Virus record (IMG/VR): IMGVR_UViG_3300011724_000025
Coordinates: 32,001 to 96,000 of that record
Length of the DNA stretch: 64,000 nucleotides
Source: a virus
Lineage: Duplodnaviria; Caudoviricetes
Reading direction: 5' to 3' (one strand)
How positions within the stretch are numbered: position 1 is the first letter of the stretch; each line of letters opens with the position of its first letter. Under the pieces are notes generated by a model. That model did no database searches. It was not told the DNA's origin and saw nothing but the letters and a program-made list of their open reading frames with translations. The position numbers and the translations under genes are program-made. Positions 18,539 to 28,303 of this stretch are shown piece after piece.

Positions 18539-19342
18539 TTATTTATCGTATATAAACGACATTCTCTGCTTTCCAGCCTCAATATTTTTCTTCTCTAAAC
18601 AGGCGTATCTTTCTGTGATACGTAAATCACTATGGCCAAGCTGACTTGATACTTCTAATAATGCCTGGCTTTTATCTGGGGCGTTCTTAATATACTGGTG
18701 AGCCATGGTTTTTCTTAGTCCGTGAGTTCCGATTTTTTGCTTAATCCCAGCTTCCTTTCTCGTATCCTCCACTATCTTCCACCATCTCTTTGAACCGAGA
18801 TAACTACTCTTTTGGCTTTTGAATATATAATCATCAAGTTCTTGTTTAGCATCGTAGCTATTGAGCCAGATAAGCCACTCAGATAGCGCAATTTCAAAAT
18901 CGTCGTTCCATGATAATTCAATGTGCTTTGCTTTGGTTATATTTCCATCTTCATCTCTCTTATTTGTTTTTTCTGGCACGTAATCAGCCGATGTTTTATA
19001 ATCCCAGTTCCTATCAAAGATATCTGACCACTTTAGTGAGCAAAAATCCCCCCCTCGTAAACCGACATTGATAGCGCAAACAAGCATTGTAAGGTTACGC
19101 CTTGCAATCATCTCCTTGGCCAAAGAGGTAGCGTTTTCAATTCTGTCTTGGAATATATTATATATTGCAATGATTTCATCACGTTCGTATAAACACTCCA
19201 TTTTTGTAGATTCTCTTGTACCTACCTTTTGCTTAGAACCATAACGCAGGTCTGGCGTTCCATCCGCTTTAATATGAGGATACTGGATCACGTCTGCACT
19301 CTTATTTTCCATTATACTACGGCTTTCCTGTGTAGCTGACAT
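18539..19342 (-). CDS. Short tyrosine recombinase
   Basis: GLRGGD (R), EKT (K), HGLRKT (HxxR), LGH (H), ERY (Y) all present; 267 aa. Confidence 0.9.
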   Translation of the reverse strand: MSATQESRSIMENKSADVIQYPHIKADGTPDLRYGSKQKVGTRESTKMECLYERDEIIAIYNIFQDRIENATSLAKEMIARRNLTMLVCAINVGLRGGDFCSLKWSDIFDRNWDYKTSADYVPEKTNKRDEDGNITKAKHIELSWNDDFEIALSEWLIWLNSYDAKQELDDYIFKSQKSSYLGSKRWWKIVEDTRKEAGIKQKIGTHGLRKTMAHQYIKNAPDKSQALLEVSSQLGHSDLRITERYACLEKKNIEAGKQRMSFIYDK

Positions 19343-19441
19343 ATTGACTACCTCCTATAATTCATTGCCTTATAAGCACTATAAAAGGCACTGGATTATC
19401 ATTCTCCAATGCCCTATGTAGTACTTACAAATTAATTCTAA

Positions 19442-19735
19442 TTAATATTTGTACAGTTCTAATCTTTCTTTGCACTTAATTATTTCTTCTTCACTGAATA
19501 ATGGCTGATATTTCGACATGACCACATAATATTCAACAGTCAGATTTAATTTGCAGATTGCAGCCAATTTTAGAAATGTATCGGTTGGTTCATTCATAAT
19601 CAGCCTTTTAACTACTTCAACAGAATCACCATCAGTCAACATTTGTATGAACCTCGATGGATTATGGCTGGCATTTTTTATTTCTATACAAAGCCGTCTC
19701 ATATCTTCAGTAAACTGCTTTTTTAGTTCCTCCAT
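19442..19735 (-). CDS. Hypothetical protein
   Basis: AGGGAGG RBS before MEELKK (19735); the track's ATG at 19768 lies inside a palindrome arm. Confidence 0.65.
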   Translation of the reverse strand: MEELKKQFTEDMRRLCIEIKNASHNPSRFIQMLTDGDSVEVVKRLIMNEPTDTFLKLAAICKLNLTVEYYVVMSKYQPLFSEEEIIKCKERLELYKY

Positions 19736-20028
19736 CAAATCCCCCTCCCTTTGAAAACCTAGTTTCATTCATTCAATATTGATTTTAATGAATTTAGATT
19801 TAATCTTCCCAATTTTATACATCTTCTTCAGAACCCATATCTCTTTCATCAGCCTCATGTGTTCTAATCATTTCATTAAAATCTTCTTCAACTTCTTCGT
19901 ATGATGAACCTTCATTGGTTTCTGTTTCCCAGAAATCTTATTTCATCTTTTCTAACATTATAATTTTATCTTGTTCCTTTTCAAAACTATTCACTTGGTT
20001 TCCTCCTTAAATCTCAAATTTCAATCGC

Positions 20029-20319
20029 TTAATCTTTGGCTCCATTTGCCCAATCGCGGAGTTCCATCTCATGTCTTATTTCATCAAGAAAATCATGACC
20101 TTTCCAAGTTAGTCCCCTTACTTCGAATGACAAAATTATACCGCCTACATACTGTCCCTCATAATTGTAAATATATCCACCCCCAAATAGCAGATCACAA
20201 TGATAAGCCACCTGATCCATTGTATAACCTTCTACCTCTAAGTTACTTACTGCAACATTGTCCACTGTTTCTTCTATTTTGAACAATATTTTTCGCACAA
20301 GTTCCATGTCTCGCATCAT
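20029..20319 (-). CDS. DUF2513-like protein, C-terminally shortened
   Basis: RDMELVRKIL, VAYHCDLL and LTWKGHDFLD motifs. Confidence 0.7.
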   Translation of the reverse strand: MMRDMELVRKILFKIEETVDNVAVSNLEVEGYTMDQVAYHCDLLFGGGYIYNYEGQYVGGIILSFEVRGLTWKGHDFLDEIRHEMELRDWANGAKD

Positions 20320-20341
20320 TTTAAATCATCCCTCCAAACTA

Positions 20342-20557
20342 TTATTTCAATGTGATTTTCCTTTTTATATCAACCTCTACAAATTCAGATATTTCATACT
20401 GTCCGGAAAAATCTTTTTCATAACCATTAATCCAATCAACAGCCTCTACTTCCGTATCAAACCAATTCCACGTATTGCTTTCATCTTGAAAAGTTAGAAT
20501 AACTAAAAACTTCATATAAATTCCTTCCTCCTTATAATTGATCCACTCTGTCTCCAC
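20342..20557 (-). CDS. Hypothetical protein
   Basis: AGGAGG RBS before the internal MKFL start. Confidence 0.5.
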   Translation of the reverse strand: METEWINYKEEGIYMKFLVILTFQDESNTWNWFDTEVEAVDWINGYEKDFSGQYEISEFVEVDIKRKITLK

Positions 20558-20625
20558 AAGTCTATAATGGCCTGTGCTTTATTATTGACCCTCCAAATTA
20601 ATCTCTCATACTAATTCTCCTATTA

Positions 20626-20874
20626 CTAATGCTTGCCTTTCTCAAAGTAATCATGATAATAGATCCCTTTAATTCCGTATTCGCCTTTAACCAACGAAGT
20701 GTTACATTCAACCCACTCTTCTAATTCCTCAACTGATTCAAAATCCTTTGCTACTACTGGATCACAACAAACGGGCAATCCGTCGCCAGGAACTTCAGCA
20801 GCTTCTATAAAATCACCATAGCAGCTTTCAGTGAACAACTCTATGAAAAATCTCCACATATAAATCCTCCACAT
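20626..20874 (-). CDS. Hypothetical protein
   Basis: GGAGG RBS before MWRFF. Confidence 0.55.
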   Translation of the reverse strand: MWRIYMWRFFIELFTESCYGDFIEAAEVPGDGLPVCCDPVVAKDFESVEELEEWVECNTSLVKGEYGIKGIYYHDYFEKGKH

Positions 20875-20883
20875 ATAAAATAA

Positions 20884-21408
20884 TCATTTCAAGCTTTCTA
20901 ACATGTTCTTTACTCTATCAATTTCTTCTTTACTATGTGGCGTTCCTCCACTATTAAATTCAACATACCACTGTAATACTTCTTTTTTAGTTTTGAGATT
21001 ATTTACATTAAACAACAAATCAACATCAATTGATAATTTATCTTCAAAGTCATGTAAATAATTTCCAAATACTTTTATTTCATTATTCATAAACTTTATA
21101 ACAGCAGTGAGTCTTTGTAGTCCATCAACACATACAAAATCATCATACTCGTATATTCCATCGCCTCGCCAACTTGGTTTATTAAAATAAATAACCCTAG
21201 CTGATTTTCCACCTCTTAGCAAATATTCAATATAGGCAATTTGTTGGTTCTCTGTCCAAACATGTCCTCTTTGGAAATCTGGATCTAATTGCAAGCCATA
21301 ATATTCATCTTCTTGCCATTCTTTTATTCGTTCACTAACATAATATAATGGCATATTCACCTGATAACTTCCTACACTGGTAAGTTGCGGAATATCTTTA
21401 AATTTCAT
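20884..21408 (-). CDS. DUF262 (ParB/Srx-fold) domain protein
   Basis: PDFQRGHVWT, VDGLQRL and NSGGTPH motifs. Confidence 0.8.
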   Translation of the reverse strand: MKFKDIPQLTSVGSYQVNMPLYYVSERIKEWQEDEYYGLQLDPDFQRGHVWTENQQIAYIEYLLRGGKSARVIYFNKPSWRGDGIYEYDDFVCVDGLQRLTAVIKFMNNEIKVFGNYLHDFEDKLSIDVDLLFNVNNLKTKKEVLQWYVEFNSGGTPHSKEEIDRVKNMLESLK

Positions 21409-21445
21409 AAATAGCTCTCCTTTACAAATAAAACAATCCTTTCAA

Positions 21446-21640
21446 CTAAGCTACATTACTACTCTCTTTTCTAAAACATCTCATTCCAGTAGGAGTCTGC
21501 TCCAAACCTAGACTTCTTTTTAGCTGCTCCCAGTCGTTAGACGACATTACATGAGTCCCATGTGCTGCTTCGATAACCACCATATACTCATTGCCACAAC
21601 CAAACATACCAATCAATTTATATCCATCTAAGCCATTCAT
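21446..21640 (-). CDS. Hypothetical protein
   Basis: GGAGG RBS before MNGLDG. Confidence 0.5.
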   Translation of the reverse strand: MNGLDGYKLIGMFGCGNEYMVVIEAAHGTHVMSSNDWEQLKRSLGLEQTPTGMRCFRKESSNVA

Positions 21641-21728
21641 ATAATCTTCCTCCATTATACTATTTTCATAATACAAAAGCCACCAGATTTTCATAATCCG
21701 ATGGCCGTCAGCAATGTATTCTATTCAT

Positions 21729-21905
21729 TCATTTGTAATGCCCGTTGTTGATTCTTTTCGTCATCTCTTTCTTTGAGTATTTACTAGAATCTCTCATGAT
21801 CCCATCTAAGTCTCTTGTATTCTCAGCCGGCGTGTTTGGAGTCACGCTTTCTTTTGCCCATAAAAACAGCCCCACAAGTAATCCGATAAATGCTAATGCT
21901 CCCAT
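21729..21905 (-). CDS. Small membrane-anchored protein (58 aa)
   Basis: MGALAFIGLLVGLFLWAKE..., AAGGAG RBS; not in the ORF track. Confidence 0.55.
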   Translation of the reverse strand: MGALAFIGLLVGLFLWAKESVTPNTPAENTRDLDGIMRDSSKYSKKEMTKRINNGHYK

Positions 21906-22013
21906 GTTATTATCTCCTTCTTAATTGGATAATTTGCTCTTATCTCTTCTCTCGATTCATTTAATCGCCATTTCATGCCATCAAAATAGTTCTTTCATCA
22001 GTAAAATATCAGT

Positions 22014-22229
22014 TTATCCGTGCAATGATTTTGCCATGAAATCATATAATTTATCATGCGCTTCTTGGTTTTTGAAGATTTTGGTTTTTTGATATTTTCC
22101 TATAAGCAAAGCCCCACACCTTTTACACCTTTGGTCGATAATCTGCATAACAGAATCTGTTCCAAGTGGAATGTAACTAGGTTCACAATCTACAATTTCA
22201 CCACCACAATCATGCTTTTCATATTCCAT
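22014..22229 (-). CDS. Small Cys-containing hypothetical protein
   Basis: HDCG...CKRC; AGGAGG RBS. Confidence 0.55.
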   Translation of the reverse strand: MEYEKHDCGGEIVDCEPSYIPLGTDSVMQIIDQRCKRCGALLIGKYQKTKIFKNQEAHDKLYDFMAKSLHG

Positions 22230-22827
22230 AATTCATCTATCCTCCTATCTTCCGATACTACGGCAAATACTATTTTCTCAAATCATATAAACGGTTTTCT
22301 TTCTCCTGTTGGGTAATATCAAGAATCATACTCTCCATTTCTGCAACTTCTTCACTATTACTGCATTCAGAAAAACAGTTCATAATTATTTCTTGTATTT
22401 TAAGTTCACTTTTCATTGCGCTACTCCTTTAAATTGTGGTTCTATCGGTCATCTGTTTACTCTATATCCGAATTAACTAGACAATCCATCTGCAACGCCA
22501 TCTGCTTTTGATTCTCCATCATTATCTTAGCGTACACCTCCGCTACCTCCTGGCATGTAGTACAATCTGCATATACATCTTGAATTCTAGTTATTAAATC
22601 TTCCATCTTATTATTCTCCTTTTTAATCAAATCTTGTTTTCATTCTTCAAATAGACACTTGTGTCGCATTGCTAAATCACCATTGTCTAAAATTATAGTG
22701 TAATATTTTTGTATTTCAGCGCAAACTTCATATAATCTGCTTTTAGTTACCCCTACCACTGACAACTTTGCTCTAACTTGTTTCTTCATTTTATTAAACT
22801 CCTTCTTTAAATATATTAAATTCTTTA

Positions 22828-23103
22828 CTAATAATCGTTCAGCCCTTCTCCAAAATCTAGAGTTTTCAGAGCAGCTTCCGCATCTTCACCGTTCTCATGT
22901 ACATACCTGCTAAAATCCGAAAAGAAACAATACACATTTCTACATGGCTGATCAACATCGAATATAACAATTTCTTTGTCCCAATCAATATATGATACGA
23001 CAACTTTATATACTCCGTCATATGTTCGTGTAGAAACGGCGATAATTCCATATAATTCTTGATCGACAACTATATTAGTTTCTTTATTAAAAAACGCTCT
23101 CAT
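22828..23103 (-). CDS. Hypothetical protein
   Basis: 91-aa ORF with AAAGGA RBS. Confidence 0.6.
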   Translation of the reverse strand: MRAFFNKETNIVVDQELYGIIAVSTRTYDGVYKVVVSYIDWDKEIVIFDVDQPCRNVYCFFSDFSRYVHENGEDAEAALKTLDFGEGLNDY

Positions 23104-23135
23104 TCTTTATCCTTTCTTCCATTTAAATCACGCTT

Positions 23136-23723
23136 CTATCGGCATAAGGCACAAGCCAGCAATATATCTTTATTTACGACCTTATCATTATCTAAAACCA
23201 TCTTCTCTAACTTGAATAAATCAAATTCTTCCTTCTGAAACTTAAATTGAATCCATTCCGGTTCGTGTTCTCTATAATCCAACCAAGAAGAAGGATTTTC
23301 GTTGTTGAGCACTTCTTTAACAAGCTGCAATAGCCGATTACCGGCTTGTCTTGACTTAACAAATCCGCTTAAATCATATCCCAATCCCCTTGGACTCCAA
23401 TATTCACCATATTCCGGACGAACATCTGGTGTTTCATATTTCCATTTAGGAATGCCTCTTCTTGGGTGAGAAATCAATTTAGGATACTCCATTACATCTT
23501 CTCCGCTCTCATCTTTTCTTCCGGTTCCAAAACCAACCGATGATTCCGTAATTCCATCAGCAAATATCTGATAATGTAATCCACATGATCTACATGTTCC
23601 TGCTGGTTGGTTCCCCATATAGGAAGTATCCCTTCTCCATCTATCACATCCGCAATTAGGGCATCCGTATTTTTCTTCTTCTCTAAAATTTACTGCTAAC
23701 ATAATATTATTTTCCCCTTTCAA
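23136..23723 (-). CDS. Zn-ribbon-containing hypothetical protein
   Basis: CPNC...CRSC; true start probably MLAVN after AAGGGG. Confidence 0.7.
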   Translation of the reverse strand: MKGENNIMLAVNFREEEKYGCPNCGCDRWRRDTSYMGNQPAGTCRSCGLHYQIFADGITESSVGFGTGRKDESGEDVMEYPKLISHPRRGIPKWKYETPDVRPEYGEYWSPRGLGYDLSGFVKSRQAGNRLLQLVKEVLNNENPSSWLDYREHEPEWIQFKFQKEEFDLFKLEKMVLDNDKVVNKDILLACALCR

Positions 23724-23739
23724 TTCAGCAATTCAATGC

Positions 23740-23976
23740 TTACTCATTTTCATATTTGTAATAACGTCCATACAGTTTATATTCTGGCTTATAAATACTT
23801 CCTACGTTTTCACTAACTAGCATAGAATCTTCATACCCAAGATTCTTCATAGTCCGAGAATGAATACTCTTTTCTTCCTCTGAATCATAATAATATTCCT
23901 CTATAATCGTTCTCTTTTTAAATACCATACTTTCTTCCTCTCTTTCAATATAATATTCTCCATTGAAAGCACACAT
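23740..23976 (-). CDS. Hypothetical protein (true start probably MVFKK)
   Basis: GAGG RBS inside the track ORF. Confidence 0.5.
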   Translation of the reverse strand: MCAFNGEYYIEREEESMVFKKRTIIEEYYYDSEEEKSIHSRTMKNLGYEDSMLVSENVGSIYKPEYKLYGRYYKYENE

Positions 23977-24174
23977 TCATGTACATTGCTCTATAAACTC
24001 ATCTGTACACATTGCACCTTCCCACCAGCACACAACCGCTGGCCTATCCTCTGATCCATTTAAATAGCCCCTTAACTGCCTTTCAAAGTATCCAAGCATA
24101 TAATCATCAAACACAGTCTTCAGCCTGTCAAAGTCCTTGCACTGTTCTAATTCTCTATATCCCATACAAAACAC
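23977..24174 (-). CDS. Hypothetical protein
   Basis: GGAGGT RBS. Confidence 0.5.
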   Translation of the reverse strand: MFCMGYRELEQCKDFDRLKTVFDDYMLGYFERQLRGYLNGSEDRPAVVCWWEGAMCTDEFIEQCT

Positions 24175-24663
24175 CTCCTATATTAAATCTACCGCTAATT
24201 ATGTGCGGTTAGTGACCTAAGCCAAATCAACCACTAATTCTCCGGTGGTAAGCAGCAATCACTTTTAGACTTCCGGGAATGCCTTGTTTACTTTTGCAGC
24301 ACGATCTATCCTTCCGGATCACCGACAAGGCTATGTATTAAGATATAAGGCAATGTAAAGCGAAAATCTCCGTGAAATTATCAAATGTAGATATGTAAAT
24401 ACCATTTGCATACATATCAATTTTCCCTTCCTTATTTTTCATGTAATGAAATTTTATATCGCTATTCATGTTTTAATCCTCCGGTCTGTGCAAATAAAAC
24501 TGCGCTTACAATTATCAGCAATGCTGCCAGCGTCCAGTTTCCGTCCTGGTCATTCAGTTTAAAGAACACAAAAATAGAAAGCACAGGCAAAATGCTTCCT
24601 AAAAGTTTGTAATACTTATTTAGTTGTGCTAATATCATGAAATCCTCCCTTAAAATGTTCTTT

Positions 24664-24855
24664 TCATCGTAATAATATATCTCTAATTTCTGTTGATCTG
24701 ACTTCAGGAATCATTCTAGCAAGCCAGTCACATCTTTCTGCTATATTTTCAATCTTTTCCGACTCTTCTAAAATGTTATCAAGCATGTCACGGGCAAACG
24801 CTGTTTCAAATGCCGTTGGAAATTCGCTAATAATATAATTCCATAGTTGGCTCAT
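24664..24855 (-). CDS. Hypothetical protein
   Basis: AAGGAGG RBS. Confidence 0.6.
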   Translation of the reverse strand: MSQLWNYIISEFPTAFETAFARDMLDNILEESEKIENIAERCDWLARMIPEVRSTEIRDILLR

Positions 24856-24897
24856 AGCCCCTCCTTTTCTAACGGTATCATCTTTCCGATAACTACT

Positions 24898-25167
24898 TTA
24901 TTTATCCTCAAAACGTTCCCACATATCGGTTTGACAGCCTTCACCACCCAACATACAATTATCCATAACGTGGTGTAAACACAACTCACAAGGACTATCT
25001 TCTGGATTATTTAACAAAAATTCGGCCTCACGATCAAGATTTAAAACTTCATTTGCAATTAAATTTGCAGTTGTCCTATCACAGCCAATCATCGGCATAA
25101 TTCTATTTTCCATAATTACCATTACATTATTTTTAGCATTTTTTAATTCTTCCCTTGTTAATGTCAT
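24898..25167 (-). CDS. Hypothetical protein, Cys-rich C-terminus
   Basis: AAGGAGG RBS. Confidence 0.6.
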   Translation of the reverse strand: MTLTREELKNAKNNVMVIMENRIMPMIGCDRTTANLIANEVLNLDREAEFLLNNPEDSPCELCLHHVMDNCMLGGEGCQTDMWERFEDK

Positions 25168-25200
25168 TTTAAATTCCTCCTTAAAACCTGTCTTTTATTC

Positions 25201-25872
25201 CTAACGTTTAACGTTTTTCATGATTTCTTTTGCTTCTTCACAGCACTTACTTATTTTTTCTCTAGTGATTCCTTCGTAGTCGTAATTTGATTCCTTATCT
25301 TCCATGAAGTCGACAAACCATAAAAACCTCCTTGTATCTTCCCACTGTTTGACAAACTCTCCGTATTTACTCATTTCACGTATAAACCAGACAAGCCCTT
25401 CTCGTATATCTGTGTCAAAATGTAATTTGCCATTTTCATAATCGTAAAATCCATTTGAGCATGATGGAATCTCGCATCTTTTAGAACTGTCATTCATTTT
25501 TAATTCTCCATATAATTTTCCCCCGTTTACTGACTCACCATTCCAGAATGATGTTACCCAAATTATTAATCCATCTTCTCTGTAATACAGTGCTGCCTTT
25601 TCCGTTTTATCTTCGTATGGAAAAGAATATTCATATCCAGGTTTAAAACCGTTATTAGTTATAATCTCAATGAATTCATTCCAACTCATAGAAAAATGAG
25701 TGTCGTTATTTTCTTTTAATAGTTTGTTCTTATTCTGATTGTGTAAGAAACATAACCCCATCGACATACTTGCTTCATCTTCTGAAAACTCGCTCCAATG
25801 TTTGTTTCCAAATATTTTTTCTGCTTCGTTTAATGGATCAAATTCCAATGCTTCTTTTATTTTATCTCTCAT
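25201..25872 (-). CDS. Hypothetical phage protein
   Basis: 223-aa ORF with AAGGAG RBS. Confidence 0.75.
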   Translation of the reverse strand: MRDKIKEALEFDPLNEAEKIFGNKHWSEFSEDEASMSMGLCFLHNQNKNKLLKENNDTHFSMSWNEFIEIITNNGFKPGYEYSFPYEDKTEKAALYYREDGLIIWVTSFWNGESVNGGKLYGELKMNDSSKRCEIPSCSNGFYDYENGKLHFDTDIREGLVWFIREMSKYGEFVKQWEDTRRFLWFVDFMEDKESNYDYEGITREKISKCCEEAKEIMKNVKR

Positions 25873-25913
25873 GACAATTCTCCTTTTATATTTTTATACT
25901 TGAATTCTATTTT

Positions 25914-26138
25914 TCATCTTGAATATTTATCTATCATGGCACCCATTACCTGACGAGCTTCCTTGTAATTTAATAATACTTGTGGTTTCCCTTTAGCTTC
26001 AAATTCATACTGTAGAGGTAATCCATTCTTTGTATCTGGGTTGTAACACGTACCATAAAATATATAAGATTCTGGTTTATCATGTAACCAGATTGTAAAT
26101 TCGCAGCCTATATATTTTTCAAACCATTTATTTGACAT
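25914..26138 (-). CDS. Hypothetical protein
   Basis: GAGGATGGTG RBS. Confidence 0.55.
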   Translation of the reverse strand: MSNKWFEKYIGCEFTIWLHDKPESYIFYGTCYNPDTKNGLPLQYEFEAKGKPQVLLNYKEARQVMGAMIDKYSR

Positions 26139-26234
26139 CTTATCACCATCCTCTTATATACATAGATAAATTTACAATTTTATTTGCTTAATATTTCTAT
26201 AAAACTTCATTTTAAATCTAAAGATTCGTATAAA

Positions 26235-26265
26235 AAACCTTCCAATCACTATCATTGGAAGGTTT
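26235..26265 (-). terminator. Intrinsic terminator after def
   Basis: AAACCTTCCAAT...ATTGGAAGGTTT hairpin with T-tract on the minus strand. Confidence 0.7.
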
Positions 26266-26324
26266 AACTACATTTAAAGACCCTATGTTAAAAGGCAGTT
26301 ACATGCTACAATTCAATTCGAGAA

Positions 26325-26783
26325 CTATTTGATGTCTAAATACTCGATTGCTTTATCTGTAAATAATACTCCATCTAAATGATCAGTTTCATGACATAGA
26401 CACTTTGCAAGTTCATCAAAAGCCTCAATTGTAATGGCTTCTCCATTTTCATTAAGTGCCTTAACCAATACTCTTTTGGGTCTCCGCACTCTACCCCATA
26501 TACCAGGACAACTTAAGCATCCCTCAATAACCAGTTGTTCTCCTTCAGATTCAACAATTTGGGGATTAACTAACTTTAATAAGCCTTGACCCATATCAAT
26601 TACAACTAAACGGCGTAATATTCCGACTTGACATGCGGCTAATCCACCTCCATTTTCTGTGCTATACATTGTTTCTGCCATATCGCCAAGAATTTCTCTG
26701 ATACGATCATCAACCATATCAACAGGTTTGCTTACTTTACGTAAAACATGATCATCAAACAGTCGAATTTCTCTTAGTGCCAT
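26325..26783 (-). CDS. def: Peptide deformylase
   Basis: GGGLAACQVG, EGCLS and HETDHLDG motifs; AGGAGG RBS before ATG 26783. Confidence 0.95.
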   Translation of the reverse strand: MALREIRLFDDHVLRKVSKPVDMVDDRIREILGDMAETMYSTENGGGLAACQVGILRRLVVIDMGQGLLKLVNPQIVESEGEQLVIEGCLSCPGIWGRVRRPKRVLVKALNENGEAITIEAFDELAKCLCHETDHLDGVLFTDKAIEYLDIK

Positions 26784-27018
26784 CTGTAAACCTCCTACTG
26801 ATATCCGCACGGGATTTTCGTTCACTTTCTTCAAATAAGAATACACTTTCAATCGGCACATTGAATACTTGTGCTATATCATACGCAAGCCATATTGAAG
26901 GCTCATTTTTTTCTGTTTCAATTGCATTTATAGCCTGTCTTGAAGTTCCGACTTTTTCACCCAATTGCTCTTGAGTCATACCCAATGCCTCTCGTAATTG
27001 ACGAACCTTATTTTTCAT
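26755..27018 (-). CDS. XRE-family HTH regulator co-transcribed with def
   Basis: MTQEQLGEKVGTSRQAINAIE..PS motif; upstream TTGACA promoter flanked by a TAACCTTACAT repeat. Confidence 0.9.
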   Translation of the reverse strand: MKNKVRQLREALGMTQEQLGEKVGTSRQAINAIETEKNEPSIWLAYDIAQVFNVPIESVFLFEESERKSRADISRRFTDGTKRNSTV

Positions 27019-27415
27019 TAAGTTTATTCCACCTTCTTATATGTAATGTTAACCTTACATTCAGATTTTATCACAATAAAATAGCCCTGTCAACTTAACC
27101 TTACATATTTTGAAAAATATAATTTGATCTATAAATCTAACTCCACCTCGTTTGGATTGTCTTCACAGTCCGACGGCAAATAACTAACTCCACCAACATA
27201 ATTTTTACTGTTCATTTTCGCCTAGTGAAACCGTATCAGTTACAAGCCCCTTTGCCTTCGCAGCATTCACGATAAGGCTTATTAAACCATTACTGATAAT
27301 TTTCAGTTCTTTATTTGTAAACTTCTCCATTACAATCTCCTTCCTGATTTTGAGCATAATAAAAGCAACCGGGTATATATTCTCCGATTGCTCACCATTA
27401 AACGTGCATTTTATC

Positions 27416-27673
27416 TTAATATCCAACAGGATAACTTTTCCTTCCCCCTTGAAATAAGTATCCATACTTCCGTTGATCCTCTAACCATTCCTCTTTTGTT
27501 GCCATCTTGTCAATCATAAATTCAACATCTCTCCCATTTGGCAAGTCATCAAAGAATCTTACAGCAAGTTCCAACGCTTCTTTTTCGTCATACCCCTTTT
27601 TCTGTATTAACTTTCCTGCTTTTAAAACACTATTATAGGTTTTTCGTTTCATACTCCCTCCATTCCTTACCAA
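27416..27673 (-). CDS. Hypothetical protein (start probably MKRKTY)
   Basis: GGAGGGAG RBS. Confidence 0.55.
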   Translation of the reverse strand: MVRNGGSMKRKTYNSVLKAGKLIQKKGYDEKEALELAVRFFDDLPNGRDVEFMIDKMATKEEWLEDQRKYGYLFQGGRKSYPVGY

Positions 27674-27687
27674 AAGAAAGGCACAAT

Positions 27688-27951
27688 TTATTCTATAATT
27701 TCAAAGTTGCTTTCTTTAATTTTATTGCTACATACCATTATTCTGCCTTTTTTATTAACCAACCAATCAGTAGGTGATATTACCGTTTTTTCTTCAGGAA
27801 ACCTTAATCCATACACATGTATATTGGGTATAATATGTCTTATACTTAAATTCCGATATTTTCTAATGATATTTATTATCTTAGAATAATTATCACCAGT
27901 ATATTGCATCATTTCACATTCGTAATCTGCAATAATATTTCTTGCTTTCAC
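27688..27951 (-). CDS. Hypothetical protein
   Basis: GAGG RBS, GTG start. Confidence 0.55.
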   Translation of the reverse strand: MKARNIIADYECEMMQYTGDNYSKIINIIRKYRNLSIRHIIPNIHVYGLRFPEEKTVISPTDWLVNKKGRIMVCSNKIKESNFEIIE

Positions 27952-27995
27952 AACAGTCGACCTCTTCTTTCTCTTGAAATGTGAATTGCCACTGG

Positions 27996-28289
27996 TTATT
28001 TAAACACTGGAAAACTATCTTCATTTTCCATTGCAAAGTAATTATGGGCCTCATAATCATCAATTTCTATTACAGAGCACACACATTCATATCCAAGTTC
28101 TTGCATATCCTCCTTACAAAACTCTTCAGCTTCTTTAATAGAAGGCTCTCTAATTCCAATAATGCAAATAGAATAAGTATCGCATGGCGTATCAGGGTAT
28201 TTATCGAAATGTTCCTGATTGGCCTTTTCTTCATGACCAAATTCAATTTCAAAATATCTCGTTTCCATATTTCGCACCTCCATTTCCAA
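27996..28289 (-). CDS. Hypothetical acidic protein (start probably METRY)
   Basis: GGAGGTG RBS. Confidence 0.6.
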   Translation of the reverse strand: MEMEVRNMETRYFEIEFGHEEKANQEHFDKYPDTPCDTYSICIIGIREPSIKEAEEFCKEDMQELGYECVCSVIEIDDYEAHNYFAMENEDSFPVFK

Positions 28290-28303
28290 AGGAAACTTAC
28301 TTT

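Noticed and set aside
13100-19342. Arbitrium (aimR/aimP/aimX) locus expected in SPbeta-like phages
   Set aside because: No TPR-type receptor followed by a short signal-peptide ORF is recognisable in this window
18539-19342. Prophage integrase marking an attachment site
   Set aside because: Phage-like genes continue on both sides and no host genes or att duplication are visible; the same applies to 50781-51791
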